Of a stretch of 64,000 nucleotides of DNA, positions 1-11,700 are shown piece by piece (within the stretch, counting starts at the first letter, position 1; each line of letters starts with the position of its first letter). The notes under the pieces were generated by a model. It saw only the letters and a program-made list of their open reading frames with translations. It was not told where the DNA came from and made no database searches. This stretch comes from Mobula hypostoma (lineage: Eukaryota), in the NCBI RefSeq assembly GCF_963921235.1, contig NC_086108.1, positions 18,724,001 through 18,788,000 of the forward strand, written 5' to 3'. Both the position numbers and the translations under genes were made by a program.

Positions 1-4
1 AGTG

Positions 5-1240
5 TCATGGGTTTTGGCCACTCCACCTCTTTTTGGGATCCGCCCTCACTTGCCTGCTCTCGATGATGTACCCTAAGAAACTGACAGAAGGGACATGAAA
101 CTCGCACTTCTCAGCCTTCACGAATAGTTTGTTCTCCCAAAATCTCTGCAGAACCTGACGGACATGGTGGGTGTGTTCCTGAAGACTGCGGGAGAAGATT
201 AAGATGTCATCCAAATAAACAAAAATGAAACGGTTAATAAAGTCCCTAAGGACATCATTTATCAGGGCTTGGAAAACGGTGGGGGCATTGGTGAGATCTA
301 ATGGCATGACCAGATATTCAAAATGACCGAGGAGGGTGTTAAAAGCTGTTTTCCACTCATTTCCCTCTCTTATCCTGACCAGGTGGTAGGCACTTCGTAG
401 GTCCAACTTAGAGAAGATGGCGGCTCCGTGAAGGGGTTCGAAAGCAGAGTTGATAAGGGGCAGCGGATAGTTATTTTTTATGGTTATGCTATTCAGGCCA
501 CGGTAGTCAATGCAAGGATGCAGTGAGCCGTCTTTTTTCCCCACAAAGAAGAACCCTGAGCCTACAGGGGAAGATGAGGGTCAGATAATGCCAGCCGCGG
601 GAGAGTCATTAAGGTAAGCCTCCATTGCTTCCCTTTCTGGCCGGGACAAGTTATACAGCCAACTGGAGGGTAGAGGGATTCCGGGGAGAAGGTCAATTGT
701 GCAATCGTAAGGGCAGTGTGGAGGCAGGGAAAGAGCCCGTTGTTTGCTAAAAGCTTCTCCCAGATTGTGATACTCTGCTGGAACCTTGGATAAATCGGGG
801 GTTTCAGCGGCAGATGAGGTCACGGTGACTTTCACAGGGGAAAGGGCCGATTGTAGACAAGTGGATTGCCAGAACAGACTCCAGCTGACTATCTTCCCGG
901 TGGACCAGTCAATGTGGGGATTATGGCGGCTTAACCAGGGGTACCCAAGAACTATAGGAGCTTGAGGAGAGGAAATTAAGTTAAATTGTACCTGTTCCCA
1001 ATGGTTCCCGGACAGAATAAGAGACGGGGTGGTGTGCAGTGTGTGACTCGGGCCAGGAGTCTACCGTCCAGTGCCCAGGCTTCCAGAGGACTCCCGAGGA
1101 ATTCCGGCCCGGGAAGCTATGTTTTCATCCAAAAGGTTTCCCTCAGCCCTGGAGTCCACTAGAGCTGACAGAGGCAGGGACTGTTGGTTGTAACGTAAAG
1201 TAGCTTGGATTTGCATCCGGGTTCGGGGGATGGAAGGGAA
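5..1240 (-). pseudogene. Gypsy pol fragment (aspartic protease + reverse transcriptase), disrupted
   Basis: ORFs 1061..1396, 581..835 and 5..544 carry the DSxA protease motif and RT YLDD; stops and frameshifts lie between them. Confidence 0.9.
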
Positions 1241-1269
1241 TGTTGTCTGGCTCACCAGGGTCCCCCTTT

Positions 1270-2302
1270 CTACTGGTGAGCCTTCCCTTTTGGCCAAAGG
1301 GGGCAGGTAGCACGGAAGTGGCCGGACTGGCTGCAATAGAGACACTCCCCCACTCTCAATCTCTGGAGTCGCTCTGTGGGAGAAAGATGGTTTCATCCCA
1401 GCTGCATGGGTTCCTCTCCCGGGGCAGTGGAAACGGCCGGGCTGGGAGCTATTCTAGGAGCAGGAGGAAAAGAGAGGCTTGTGCTGGTGGGAGACGGTAA
1501 TAAGTCCCATGGAGTGGCCAAAGGTGGTGGACGACTAGTTCTTTCCTTACAGCGTTCTTGAAGATGATTGTCCAACCTGGTGGCTAGGGAGATCAAGGAA
1601 TCCAGGCTTTCGGTGTCATCCCTTGCCGCCAACTTGTCTTTCACCATGTCGCTGAGACCATTCCGAAATACCTCTTGGAGTGCCTCATCGTTCCACCCCA
1701 AATCGGCCACTAACATCCAGAACTCCACAGAATATTCCGCAACACTGGGTGAGCCCTGATGGAGAGTGAGTAGATGCTTAGCAGCATCTTTACCATGAAT
1801 GGGGTGGTCAAAGATCTTTCTCATTTCCGCGATAAAGGTGGGGAAAGAAGAGCAGATATCTCAGTTGACTATCCCAAACAACTGCAGCCCACGCTAAGGC
1901 ACTTCCCCACAACAACCCCAAAGCTATCTTTGACTTATCCATGGAGTACGTGGATGTCTGCTGTTCGAACACCAAGGAGCATTGCAGAAGGAAGGCCTGG
2001 CACTTCCCCAAATCCGCAACGTAGTGTTCTGGTTCAGGTACGTGCAGCTCTCTTGGCGGGGGTGTTGCTGACACATAAGGGGTTGCCTCTACAGGCTGTC
2101 TGGGCTGGTTAGACAGAGTTCTGGGAGTGGATGGGGTAAAATGAGTGGATATACGGTCCACCTGGTCACCGATCTTCTTTGCTTTAGCAGACAGGGAACG
2201 GAGGTTCTCTGTGACATCCCAGAGAAGCTGATCGAGCAGACTCAGTAGGGAGCCATGGCTGGTGAGGGCTTGTTGCAGGGTATTCATGTTCACTGGGTCC
2301 AT
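1270..2302 (-). pseudogene. Gypsy gag (retrotransposon gag + CCHC zinc knuckle), frameshifted
   Basis: ORF pieces 1808..2344 and 1393..1824 ([34 protein letters not shown]) plus the CCHC knuckle in another frame. Confidence 0.85.
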
Positions 2303-2318
2303 TGTGGCCAGATCGTTC

Positions 2319-3137
2319 TGTTGCAACGAATGAGACGGACCCAAGTGCAGGACACAGGCACAGAGATTTAGTTAGGATGCAGACGTGAACGGCAAACAGG
2401 AGGGAGAGCAGGAAGGCAGGAGACAGGCAAAATTATCTTGACATGGAGCATAGGAAGGGAAGGAAGGAAGGAACGTGGACTCAGACCATGAGAGGCCTGC
2501 ATCGGGCATTTTCATGCCTTACAAGGCGTAGATTCAAAGTCTGTGTGGGGCGCCACTCCTTGAACAGACATTAGAGCAATTAAGTGCTTTGCTCAAGGAC
2601 ACAAACACGCTGCCACAGCTGAGGCTGGAACTAGCGACCTTGAGATCACTAGACAAACGCCTTAACCACTTGGCCACGTGCCCAACAATAGAAAGGGAAA
2701 CAGCAGGCAAAACTCTTCTTAGCACGGAGAGACGGAGTTACACAGGCAAACCTTGGTACTGAAGTAAAACTTTAGAAGACTTATCTTGACGCGGAGAGGC
2801 TGGGTTTCAGAGGTAAACCTCGGACCTGGAGTAGAACTTAGAAAACTGACTTGATACGAAGAGACTAAGTTTCACAGGTAATTCTCGGTACAGGAGCAAA
2901 ACTTAGAACGCACAGTCCTAAGCGGCTGGGAAACCTTCATTACCACACAGGCAAAACCAACAATCTGGCAACTAGTGGTTGTAAAGCTGGGGTTTTTAAT
3001 GCTGCAGGCCTTGATGGAAACCAGGTGTGCCATCATCAAAGAGAATTAAGAGCACATAGGGAATTAACGGTCGGAACTGTGGCACAATCAAAGGGAATTA
3101 GGAGAAAATAGGGGATTTAACGGTCAGGACCATGGCA
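2319..3137 (-). repeat. 5' LTR of the sushi-type Gypsy element; contains ~3 internal ~60-bp tandem repeats (2715-2908)
   Basis: Minus strand TGCCATGG...GCAACA, followed directly by the PBS-position sequence and gag ATG; ATTAAAAA TATA-like box at 2993-3000. Confidence 0.8.
2490..2686 (-). mobile_element. tRNA-derived SINE inserted in the LTR
   Basis: Minus strand GGCACGTGGCCAAGTGGTTAAGGCG (box A), AGTTCCAGCC (box B-like), then TGTGTCCTTGAGCAAAGCACTTAA, resembling the CORE-type SINE segment. Confidence 0.7.
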
Positions 3138-4335
3138 GATATAGTGGATATGGACTTCAGTAAGACATTTGATAAGGTACCCCATGCAAGGCTCATTCAG
3201 AAAGTAAGGAGGTGTGGGATCCAAGGAGACCTTGCTTTGTGGATACAGAATTGGCTTGCCCACAGAAGGCAAAGGGTAGTTATAAATGATTGGTATTCTG
3301 TGTCCACACAGAACACAGGTTGGTGACCAGTGGTGTTCCAGAGATATCTGTTCTGGAACCCCTCTTCTTTGTGATTTTTATAAATGACCTGAATGAGGAA
3401 GCAGAAGGGTGGGTTAGTAAGTTTGCTTATAACACAAAATTTGGGAGTGTTGTGGATAGGCTAGAGGGGTGTCAGAGGTTACAGCGGGACATCAGTAGGA
3501 TGCAGAACTAGGCTGAGAAATGGCAGATGGAATTCAACCCAGATAAGTGTGAAGTTGTTCATTTCAGTACGTCAAATTTGAAGACAGAATATAATGTTAA
3601 TGGTAAGACTCTTGGCAGTGTGAAGGATCAGGGAGATCTTGGTGTCCATGTCCATAGGACACTCAAAGCTGCTGCACAGGTTGACAGTGTTGTCAAGAAG
3701 GCGTATGGTGTGTTGGCCTTCATCAACTCTGGGACTGAATTCGGAGCCGTGAGGTAATGTTTAAGCTAAATAAGACCTTAATTAGACCCCCTTGGAGTTC
3801 TGTGTTCAGTTCTGGTCACCTCCCTACAAGAAGGTACTATAGAGAGAGTACAGAAGAGATTTACAAGGATGTTGCCTGGATTAGAGAGCATGCCTTATGA
3901 GAATAGGTTGAGTGAACTTGTACTTTTCTCCTTGGAGCGTTGGTGGATGAGAGGTGACCTGATAGAGGTATATAAGATGATGAGAGGCATTGATTGTGTG
4001 GATAGCTAGAGGCTTTTTCCCGGGGCTGAAATAACTAACACGAGGGGACATAGTTTTGAGGTGCTAGGAAGTAGGTACAAGGAGTATGACAGAGGTAAGT
4101 TTTTCACACAGAGAGTGGTGGGTGCCTGAAATGCACTGCCAGCGACAATGGTAGAGGTGGATATAATAGGGTCCTTTAAGGGAATCTTAGATAAGTACCT
4201 GGAGCTTAGAAAAATATAGGTTCTATGCGGTAGGGAAATTCTAGGCAGTTTCTAGAGTAGGTTACATGGTTGGCATAACATTGTGCGCCGAAGGGCCTGT
4301 AACATGCTGTAAATTTCTATGTTTTATGTTCTATG
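3138..4335 (+). mobile_element. CR1 LINE 3' fragment (RT to 3' tail)
   Basis: DFSKTFDKVPH, VTSGVP, MEFNPDKCEV, YCVQFW-type motifs; ends in a (TTCTATG)n-like tail. Confidence 0.92.
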
Positions 4336-4369
4336 TGATGACCCCGGCTTCCCTGTCAGTACCACTCTG

Positions 4370-4610
4370 CATCAGGAACTTCAGTATGCAGGTAGACAGG
4401 GAAAATCAGGTTGGCACTGAATCCAGAGTGAAGAAATTTGTACAATGCCTCTGATATGGCTTTTTAGGGCAGCTTGTCTTTGACTCCATACTGGATTTAG
4501 TATTGTGCAATTTGATTAGGGAGCTTAAGGTAAATGAACACTGAAGAGGACGTGATCATCATATGATAAGATTCACCCTGCGGTTTGAGAGGGAGAAGCT
4601 AAAATCAGAT
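4370..4610 (+). mobile_element. CR1 ORF2 endonuclease remnant
   Basis: GNFSMQVD...KFVQCL and SDHHMIRF motifs. Confidence 0.7.
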
Positions 4611-4639
4611 GAGTTGCTATTATATCAAGTCAAGTCAAA

Positions 4640-6855
4640 GTCAATGATCTTTCAAAAGCCAATAGATTCTGGCATGGTTCTGGAGGAATGGAAGATTGCA
4701 AATGTCACTCCGCTATTTAAGAAGGGGGCAAGGAAGCAAAAAGGAAATTATAGACCTGTTAGCTTGACATCGGTGGGGGGGATATTGTTGGAATCGATTC
4801 TCAAGGATGAGGCTATGGAGTACCTGGAGGCATATGAAAAGATAGGCAGAACTCGGCATGGTTTCCTTAAAGGAAAATCCTGTCTGACAAACCTATTGCA
4901 ATTTTTTGAGGAAAGTACAAGTAGGCTAGACAAGGGAGATGCAGTGGATGTTGTATATTTGGATTTTCAGAAGGCCTTTGACAAGGTGCTGCACATGAAA
5001 CCGCTGAACAAGATAAGAGCCCATGGAATTATGGGAAAGTTACATACGTGGATAGAGCGTTGGCTGATTGGCAGGAAACAGAGAGTGGGAATAAAGGGAT
5101 CCTATTCTGGTTGGCTGCCGGTTACCAGTGGTGTTCCACAGGGGTCCGTGTTGGGGCCGCTTCTTTTTACATTGTACATCAACGATTTGGATTATGGAAT
5201 AGATGGCTTTGTGGCTAAGTTTGCTGATGATACTAAAATAAGTGGAGGGGCCAGTAGTGCTGAGAAAACAGAGAGTCTGCAGAGAGACTTGGATAGATTA
5301 GGAGAATGGGCAAAGAAGTGGCAAATGAAATACAATGTTGGAAAGTGTATGGTTATGCACTTTGGTAGAAGAAATAAACGGGCAGACTATTATTTAAATG
5401 GGGAAAGAATTCAAAGTTCTGAGATGCAACGGGACTTGGGAGTCCTTGTACAGGATACTTAAGGTTAACCTCCAGGTTGAGTCGGTAGTGAAGAGAGCGA
5501 ATGCAATGTTGGCATTCATTTCTAGAGGAATAGAGTATAGGAGCAGGGATGTGATGTTGAGGCTCTATAAGGCGCTGGTGAGACCTCACTTGGAGTACTG
5601 TGTGCAGTTTTGGGCTCATTATACACCAGTCATTGAAAGTGGGCATGCAGGTACAGCAGGCGGTGAAAAAGGCGAATGGTATGCTGGCATTCATAGCAAG
5701 AGGATTCGAGTACAGGAGCAGGGAGGTACTACTGCAGTTGTACAAGGCCTTGGTGAGACGACACCTGGAGTATCGTGTGCAGTTTTGGTCCCCTAATCTG
5801 AGGAAAGACATTCTTGCCATAGAGGGAGTACAAAGAAGGTTCACCAGATTGATTCCTGGGATGGCAGGACTTTCATATAATGAAAGACTGGATCGACTAG
5901 GCTTATACTCATTGGACTTTAGAAGATTGAGGGGGGATCTTATTGAAACGTATAAAATCCTAAAGGGATTGGACAGGCTAGATGCAGGAAGATTGTTCCC
6001 AATGTTGGGGAAGTCCAGAATGAGGGGTCACAGTTTGAGGATAAAGGGGAAACCTTTTACGACCGAGATTAGGGAAAACTTCTTCACACAGAGAGTGGTG
6101 AATCTGTGGAATTCTCTGCCACAGGAAACAGTTGAGGCCAGTTCATTGGCTATATTTAAGAGGGAGTTTGATATGGCCCTTGTGGCTAAAGGGATCAGGG
6201 GGTATGGGGGGGAAGGCTGATACAGGGTTCTGAGTTGGATGATCAGCCATGATCATACTGAATGGCGGTGCACGAAGGGCCGAATAGCCTACTCCTGCAC
6301 CTATTTTCTATGTTTCTATGTTATTTACGAAAGGATGTGCTGACGTTGGAGAGGGTTCAGAGAAGATTCACTAGAATGATTTCCGGAATGAGAGTTTTAA
6401 CATATGAGGAACGTTTGACCTCTCTTGGACTGTACTCCTTGGAGTTTAGAAGAATGAGGGGGGACCTCATAGAAACATCTCGAATGTTGAACGGCATGGA
6501 CAGAGTGGATGTGGCAAAGTTGTTTCCCATGATGGGGGAGTCTAGTACGAGAGAGCATGACTTAAGGATTGAAGGGCACCCTTTCAGAACAGAGAGGCGA
6601 AGAAATTTTTTTAGCCAGAGGGTGGTAAATCTGTGGAATTTGTTGCCACGGGCAGCAGTGGAGGTCAAGTCACTGGGTGTAGTTAAGGCAGAGATTGATA
6701 GGTATCTGAGTAGCCAGGGAATCAAAGGTTATGGTGAGAAGGCGAGGGAGTGGGACTAAACAGGAGAACAGATCAGCGCATGATAAAATGTTGGAGCAGA
6801 CTCAATGGGCTGAATGACCGACTTCTGCTCCTTTGTCTTATGGTCTTATGGTCTA
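4640..6855 (+). mobile_element. CR1 LINE (family A), RT to 3' tail, interrupted by a nested CR1
   Basis: ORF 4563..5462 has [28 protein letters not shown] and FADD. It resumes at 6321 and ends in (TCTTATGG)n. Nearly the same sequence as 43930-45250. Confidence 0.95.
5623..6320 (+). mobile_element. CR1 LINE (family B), 5'-truncated, nested in family A copy
   Basis: Open ORF2 C-terminus (5600..6220), 3' UTR and (TTTCTATG)n tail; TTAT duplicated at 5619-5622 and 6321-6324. Confidence 0.92.
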
Positions 6856-6872
6856 CATTTGAGAAAAGGTAA

Positions 6873-7635
6873 TACTGGACTACAAATTTTTTGAAAGTGT
6901 TGCTTTTTCATAATTTTTTTGTTTATGATACTGAGCACAAATATAATTTTGGAATATTTGTATCACATTGAAATTTAGAGAGACTTTTATTGAATATTTA
7001 CGTGCATAATGGTGCTATCGCTTTGCAATAGTACATCTAAGCTAAAAATGTTTTGTTGGTGACTTTCATTTGTACTCAGTATCTAAGGCTTCTTGCTTAA
7101 GTGTCCAACAATAATCAGCCAGCATAGATGGATTCCAGTTGCCCTATTACTGTTCCCCTCCGATCGCAATGTCCTGGTGAAACCTTTCACCATGCTCATC
7201 ACTGATTTGTGGAGAAGAATTCTAAATGGGAATGCAGAAAATGAATCTTTAGTGAAATTTTGCACAGCATGGTTTTGTATGTTTGAAGCATATTGTAAAC
7301 CAGCTGCACGTAATTTGCTGCTCTGTAGTTGCCAAGAAAATTTTCAACAACTTCCTTGGATGCCTTCCATGTGATTTTCTCCAGTCCCACTAGAGAAATT
7401 ATTCTTTGTTCTTTGAATTACCTGTCATTGATGGCCTGTTTGATTTGTAGACCAACAAAAAATGCCTTCCTTAATCTTGACATCTGTTATTCTGAATTGA
7501 ATTATGAATTGACATAATAAATATAGGCAAATTCAAAAAATGGTGTATGATTTCACGATGATTTCACGATCAGCTGCCAAAATCCATAAGAGATACCCAA
7601 AAGTATTCAGGAAGCAAAATCTTTGTTGTCCAGTG
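6873..7635 (-). mobile_element. Chapaev3 (CMC superfamily) DNA transposon, internally deleted; retains transposase C-terminus
   Basis: TIRs TACTGGACTACAAA / CACTGGACAACAAA (12/14) and TAA TSD at 6870-6872 and 7636-7638. Minus-strand KIKEGIFVG...FLGNYRA...SLKIHFLHSHLEFF...DEHGERFHQDI...WNPSMLADYCWTL. Confidence 0.85.
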
Positions 7636-8040
7636 TAATTACGGAGGTGTAAAAAAAGAACTGGCCAAAGTTGATTGGAAGAGGACCCCAGCAGGGATAA
7701 TGGTAGAGCACCAATGGTAGAAGATTCTGGGATTAACTTGGAAGATGAAGGGCCAGCTCATCCCAAAGAAGCAGCAATATTCTAAAGGGAGAATGAGGCA
7801 ACCATGGTTGACAAGGGAAGTCAAATGAAGCATAAAAACAAAAGAGAAGGCATATATATTGCAAAAAATGGGAAGCTTAGATTATAGAGAAGCTTTTAAA
7901 AAAACAACAGAAGCATCTATAAAAGCAATTAGGAAAGATAAGATGAAACATGATGGTAAAGTAGTTTTTAATATATTGTATTATAACACTGGAAGTTTCT
8001 TCAGATACATAAAGAGTAAAAGAGAGGCAAGATGGTGCCA
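7636..8040 (+). mobile_element. CR1 ORF2 remnant (post-endonuclease tether region)
   Basis: GNYGGVKKELAKVDW...PWLTREVK...FFRYIKSKR. Confidence 0.75.
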
Positions 8041-8179
8041 ATGAACCACAGTGACATTCTGCAGGCTATGTACAATATTTCTAAATACGCCTCTTCTGAA
8101 TTTCTATCACTGCAATTTGCAGCATATAATTTCCTTTAAGCAACATACTTTTAAATCGACTTAATGAACACAGATTTCA

Positions 8180-8700
8180 GAGTCTTCTGAAGGACTTGGT
8201 GGACTTAATTCTCAAGCAAGCAGGTACAGCTCCTTTAAGCAGATGAAGGTTCATCACTATGGCTGGAAGCAAGGCAGGAGGGGGTCTCTCAGCCAGGCTG
8301 AAACCCAGAAGGATGAGGCCCCCTCTACTCAGCATCTTGTTGGCAAACGTACCGTCACCGGAGAACAAAACTGAGGGCCTGAGGGCAAGATTGCTCTTTC
8401 AAAAGGAATGAGAAATTGTTGTGTTCAGGGTTTTACCGAGACATAGCCTACTCAAGAGTATGCCAGATATGGTGATCAGACCTGAAGGCTTCTCTATAAC
8501 AGGATGGTCCAAACTGCTGATTCAGAAAAGGCTGATCTGGAGGTGTACGCTTCATGATAAACTCTCTGTGGTGCTCCGAAGTGGCGATTTTGTCATACTT
8601 GTGTTCCTCTGACCTTGAGCACCTAATGATCGAATGCTGACTGCTCTATTTACCAAGAGAGTTCTCCTCCATAATCCTGACCACAATTTACATACCACAA
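8180..8700 (+). mobile_element. Rex1/Babar-type LINE 5' fragment (endonuclease N-terminus)
   Basis: LLSILLANVPSPENKTEGLRAR...VIRPEGFS, typical of the Rex1-like APE start. Confidence 0.6.
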
Positions 8701-8704
8701 TCTA

Positions 8705-11700
8705 TCAAAAGAACAGGCAGGAAGGCAGAGGAGGAGGAGCGGCTCTGCTGGTAAAAAATGAAATCAAATCTTTAGAAGGAGGTGACATATAGAATCCTTG
8801 TAGGTAGAGTTAAAAAAATGCAAGGGTAAGAAGACTCTGATGGGAGTTATATACAGACCTTCAGATAGTAGCAGCTAGGATGTGGTCTACAAATTACAGT
8901 GGGAGATAGAAAAAGTATGTCATAAAGACAATGTTACATTAGACATGGGGGATTTCAATATGCAAGATGGATTGGGAAAATCAAGTTGATGCTGAATCTC
9001 AAGAGAGAAAATTTGTGGAATGCCTACGAGATAGCTTTTTGGAAGAGCTTGTGGTTAAGCCCACTAGGGGATCAGCAGTCTTGGGTTGGGTGTTGTGTAA
9101 TGAATCAGATGTGATTGGGGAGCTTAAGGTAATGGAAGCCCTTAGGTAACAATGATCATAATACAGGTTTCCCCGCCATCCGAAGGTACAGCGTTCCTAT
9201 GAAATGGTTCGTAAGCCAAAATGTCGTAAAGCAAAGAAGCAATTACCATTGATTTATATGGGAAAATTTTGTGAGCGTTCACAGACCCAAAAATAACCCA
9301 CCAAATCATGCCAAATAACACATAAAACCTAAAATAACAGTAACATATAGTAAAAGCAGGAATGATATCATAAATACACAGCCTATATAAAGTAGAAATA
9401 CTTTTCCTTAATCATTGCCAGCACTGTTCACCGAAGCGAAAATCTCACGCAAACGCTCTCGGCAGAAAATCTCACGCAAGCGCTCTCCACAGAAACACGG
9501 CGCAAGTGCTCTCCAGTAACCTTTAAGCTATGAAGCTGCCAAATCATACCAAATAACACATAAAAATACACAGCCTATATAAAGTAGAAATAATGTATGT
9601 ACAGTGCAGTATTACTTACTGGAATTGGGAAGACAGCGCAGAGCACACTGATAATGGTGTGTTAAGCTGAGTCGTCACAGGTTGGGTGGTGCAGTGGCCC
9701 CCACCTTCCAGGCTGCCGACCGGTACATTGCCACGAAGCATGCAGGGGTCCAGCGGTAGCTGGGAAGCACACAGCACATCTTTAAGAAAAGCCGAAATAA
9801 ACATGCTAATTAATTAGGTACCGCCCGACACGTAATTGTCGGCCCAGATCAGTGCCGATTGCATCGCCTCTGATCTGGGCCGACATTTACGTGTGGGGCG
9901 GCACCTAATTAATTAGCATGTTTATTTTGGCTTTTTTCTTAAAGATGTGCTGTGTGCGTCCCGGCTACTGCTGCATTCTCCGCGAATCGGTATCTGTCCG
10001 TGGCTCGAGGGTTGGGGTGGTGGGACACTGGGGTGTCATCTCGTCGTCTGTTTCCATTACAGCAGGCGGCTCATCTTCTCCTCGATGTCGAAGGTCGAGG
10101 TTCGTCGTCTGCTGTGGCTGGTGTGGGAGGCTTGCTTGACTGCTGAGTCTCGCGCATTTTTCTATCATACAGTTCTTTGTAAGGACTCAAACCATCTTGC
10201 AAGTATCCCCTAAACCTACGTACCCTTTCAAAATTAAAGTCATACTTTATCATTGCAGCGAAAATCTCACGCAGTTGCTTCACGTTCATTTCGCTACTGC
10301 ATTCAGTTTCGATTGCTATCCTTTCCTCTTCCAACTGCATCAGCTCTTCATCTATTAGTTCTTGGTCATGGGATGCCAAAACCTCTTCAACATCATCTTT
10401 GTCAGCTTCCACAACCCAAACTCACGTTGTCCTTATTTCGTTCACCAATATCAAAACGCTTAATTATGTCTAGTTTTACGCTAAGGGTAACACCTTTACG
10501 AGCTCTTTCAGGCTTTTCCAATACCTCAGAACTCATCTTGCTAATGGCTGCTCACAGGCACATGTTAAAGCAATGCCGTACCGAATCTGGGGGAGAGCGG
10601 CTGCTTGGGGTGCGCGCTGCCTTTTATCGCGCGCTGATTTTTTTTTTGTAACAGTGAAGTTATCTTCTGTTAGTGAAAATATAGGTCTTTCTGTAGGTCT
10701 TCTGTAACTAATGTAGGTCTTTCGTAATAGTGAGGTTTCATAAAGTGAACGTTCGAAAAGCAGGGGACACCTGTATGATAGAATTCACCCTCATTTTGAG
10801 AGAAAAAATCTAAAGTCAGATGTATCAGTATTACAGTTGAAGTAAAGGGAATTACAGAGGCATGAGCGAGAAACTGGCCAAAGTTGATTAGACGGGAACA
10901 CTAGCAGGGATGACGGCAGAGCAGCAATAACTAGAGTTTCTGGGAGCAATTCAGAAGGCACAAGATTACTACATCCCAAAAAAAGAGGAGGTATTCTAAA
11001 GGCAGGATTACACAACTTCGCCTGGAAGGCAACTAGAAAGGCCACAAGGAGGGAAAGCATGAAATATGAAGGTAAACTAGCCAATAGCAAACATGATAGC
11101 AAGTTTTTTCAGATATATAGAGAGTGAAAGAGAGGCAAGAGTAGATATTGGACCACTAGGAAATGATTCTGGAGAGATAGTAATGGGGGGGGGTGGAATA
11201 AAGAAATGGCGGATGAACTGAATAAGTAAGTATTTTGCATCAGTCTTCACTGTGGAAGACACTTGTAGTATGCCAGAAGTTCGAAAGTGTCAAAGGGCAG
11301 AAATGAGTGCAGTTGCTATTATTAGCAAGATGATGCTTGGAAAACTGAAAGGTCTAAAGGTAGATAAGTCACCTGAACCTGATGAACTACACTCCTGCAT
11401 TCTAAAAGAAGTAATTGGAGATTGTGGAGGCATTAGTAATGATCTTTCAAGGATCAAAAGAGTCCGACATGCTCTGGAGGATTGGAAAATTGTAAATGTC
11501 ATTCCATTTTTCAAGAAGGGAGAGAGGCAGCAGAAAGGAAATTATAGGCCAGTAAGCCTGACTTCAATGGTTGGGAAGATATTGGTCAATTGTTAAGGAT
11601 GTAGTTTCAGTGTAGTTGGAGGCACATGACAAAATGGGCCAAAATCAGCATGGTTTCCTGAAGGGAAAGTCTTGCCTGGCAAATCTGTTGGAATTCTCCA

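Larger units (their letters stand above)
1..3137 (-). mobile_element. Gypsy/Ty3 LTR retrotransposon, Tf1/sushi (chromovirus-like) group; 5' LTR + gag + protease + RT, running off the window start; degenerate
   Basis: Minus-strand gag (MDPVNMNTLQQAL..., [14 protein letters not shown] knuckle ~1303-1344), protease (ALVDSRAEGN), RT ([28 protein letters not shown]). LTR ends TG(3137)...CA(2319). A CR1 RT sequence begins immediately at 3138. Confidence 0.93.

Noticed and set aside
1270..2302. Domesticated gag gene (PEG10/RTL-like)
   Set aside because: Frameshifted, still flanked by an LTR and followed by disrupted pol; an ordinary dead retrotransposon.
2610..2686. tRNA gene
   Set aside because: Box A/B present but no closing acceptor stem; continues into SINE body.
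4563..5462. 299-aa reverse transcriptase ORF as a functional gene or retron-like system
   Set aside because: Fragment of CR1 ORF2 with deletion junction upstream, frameshift at the end and a nested insertion downstream.
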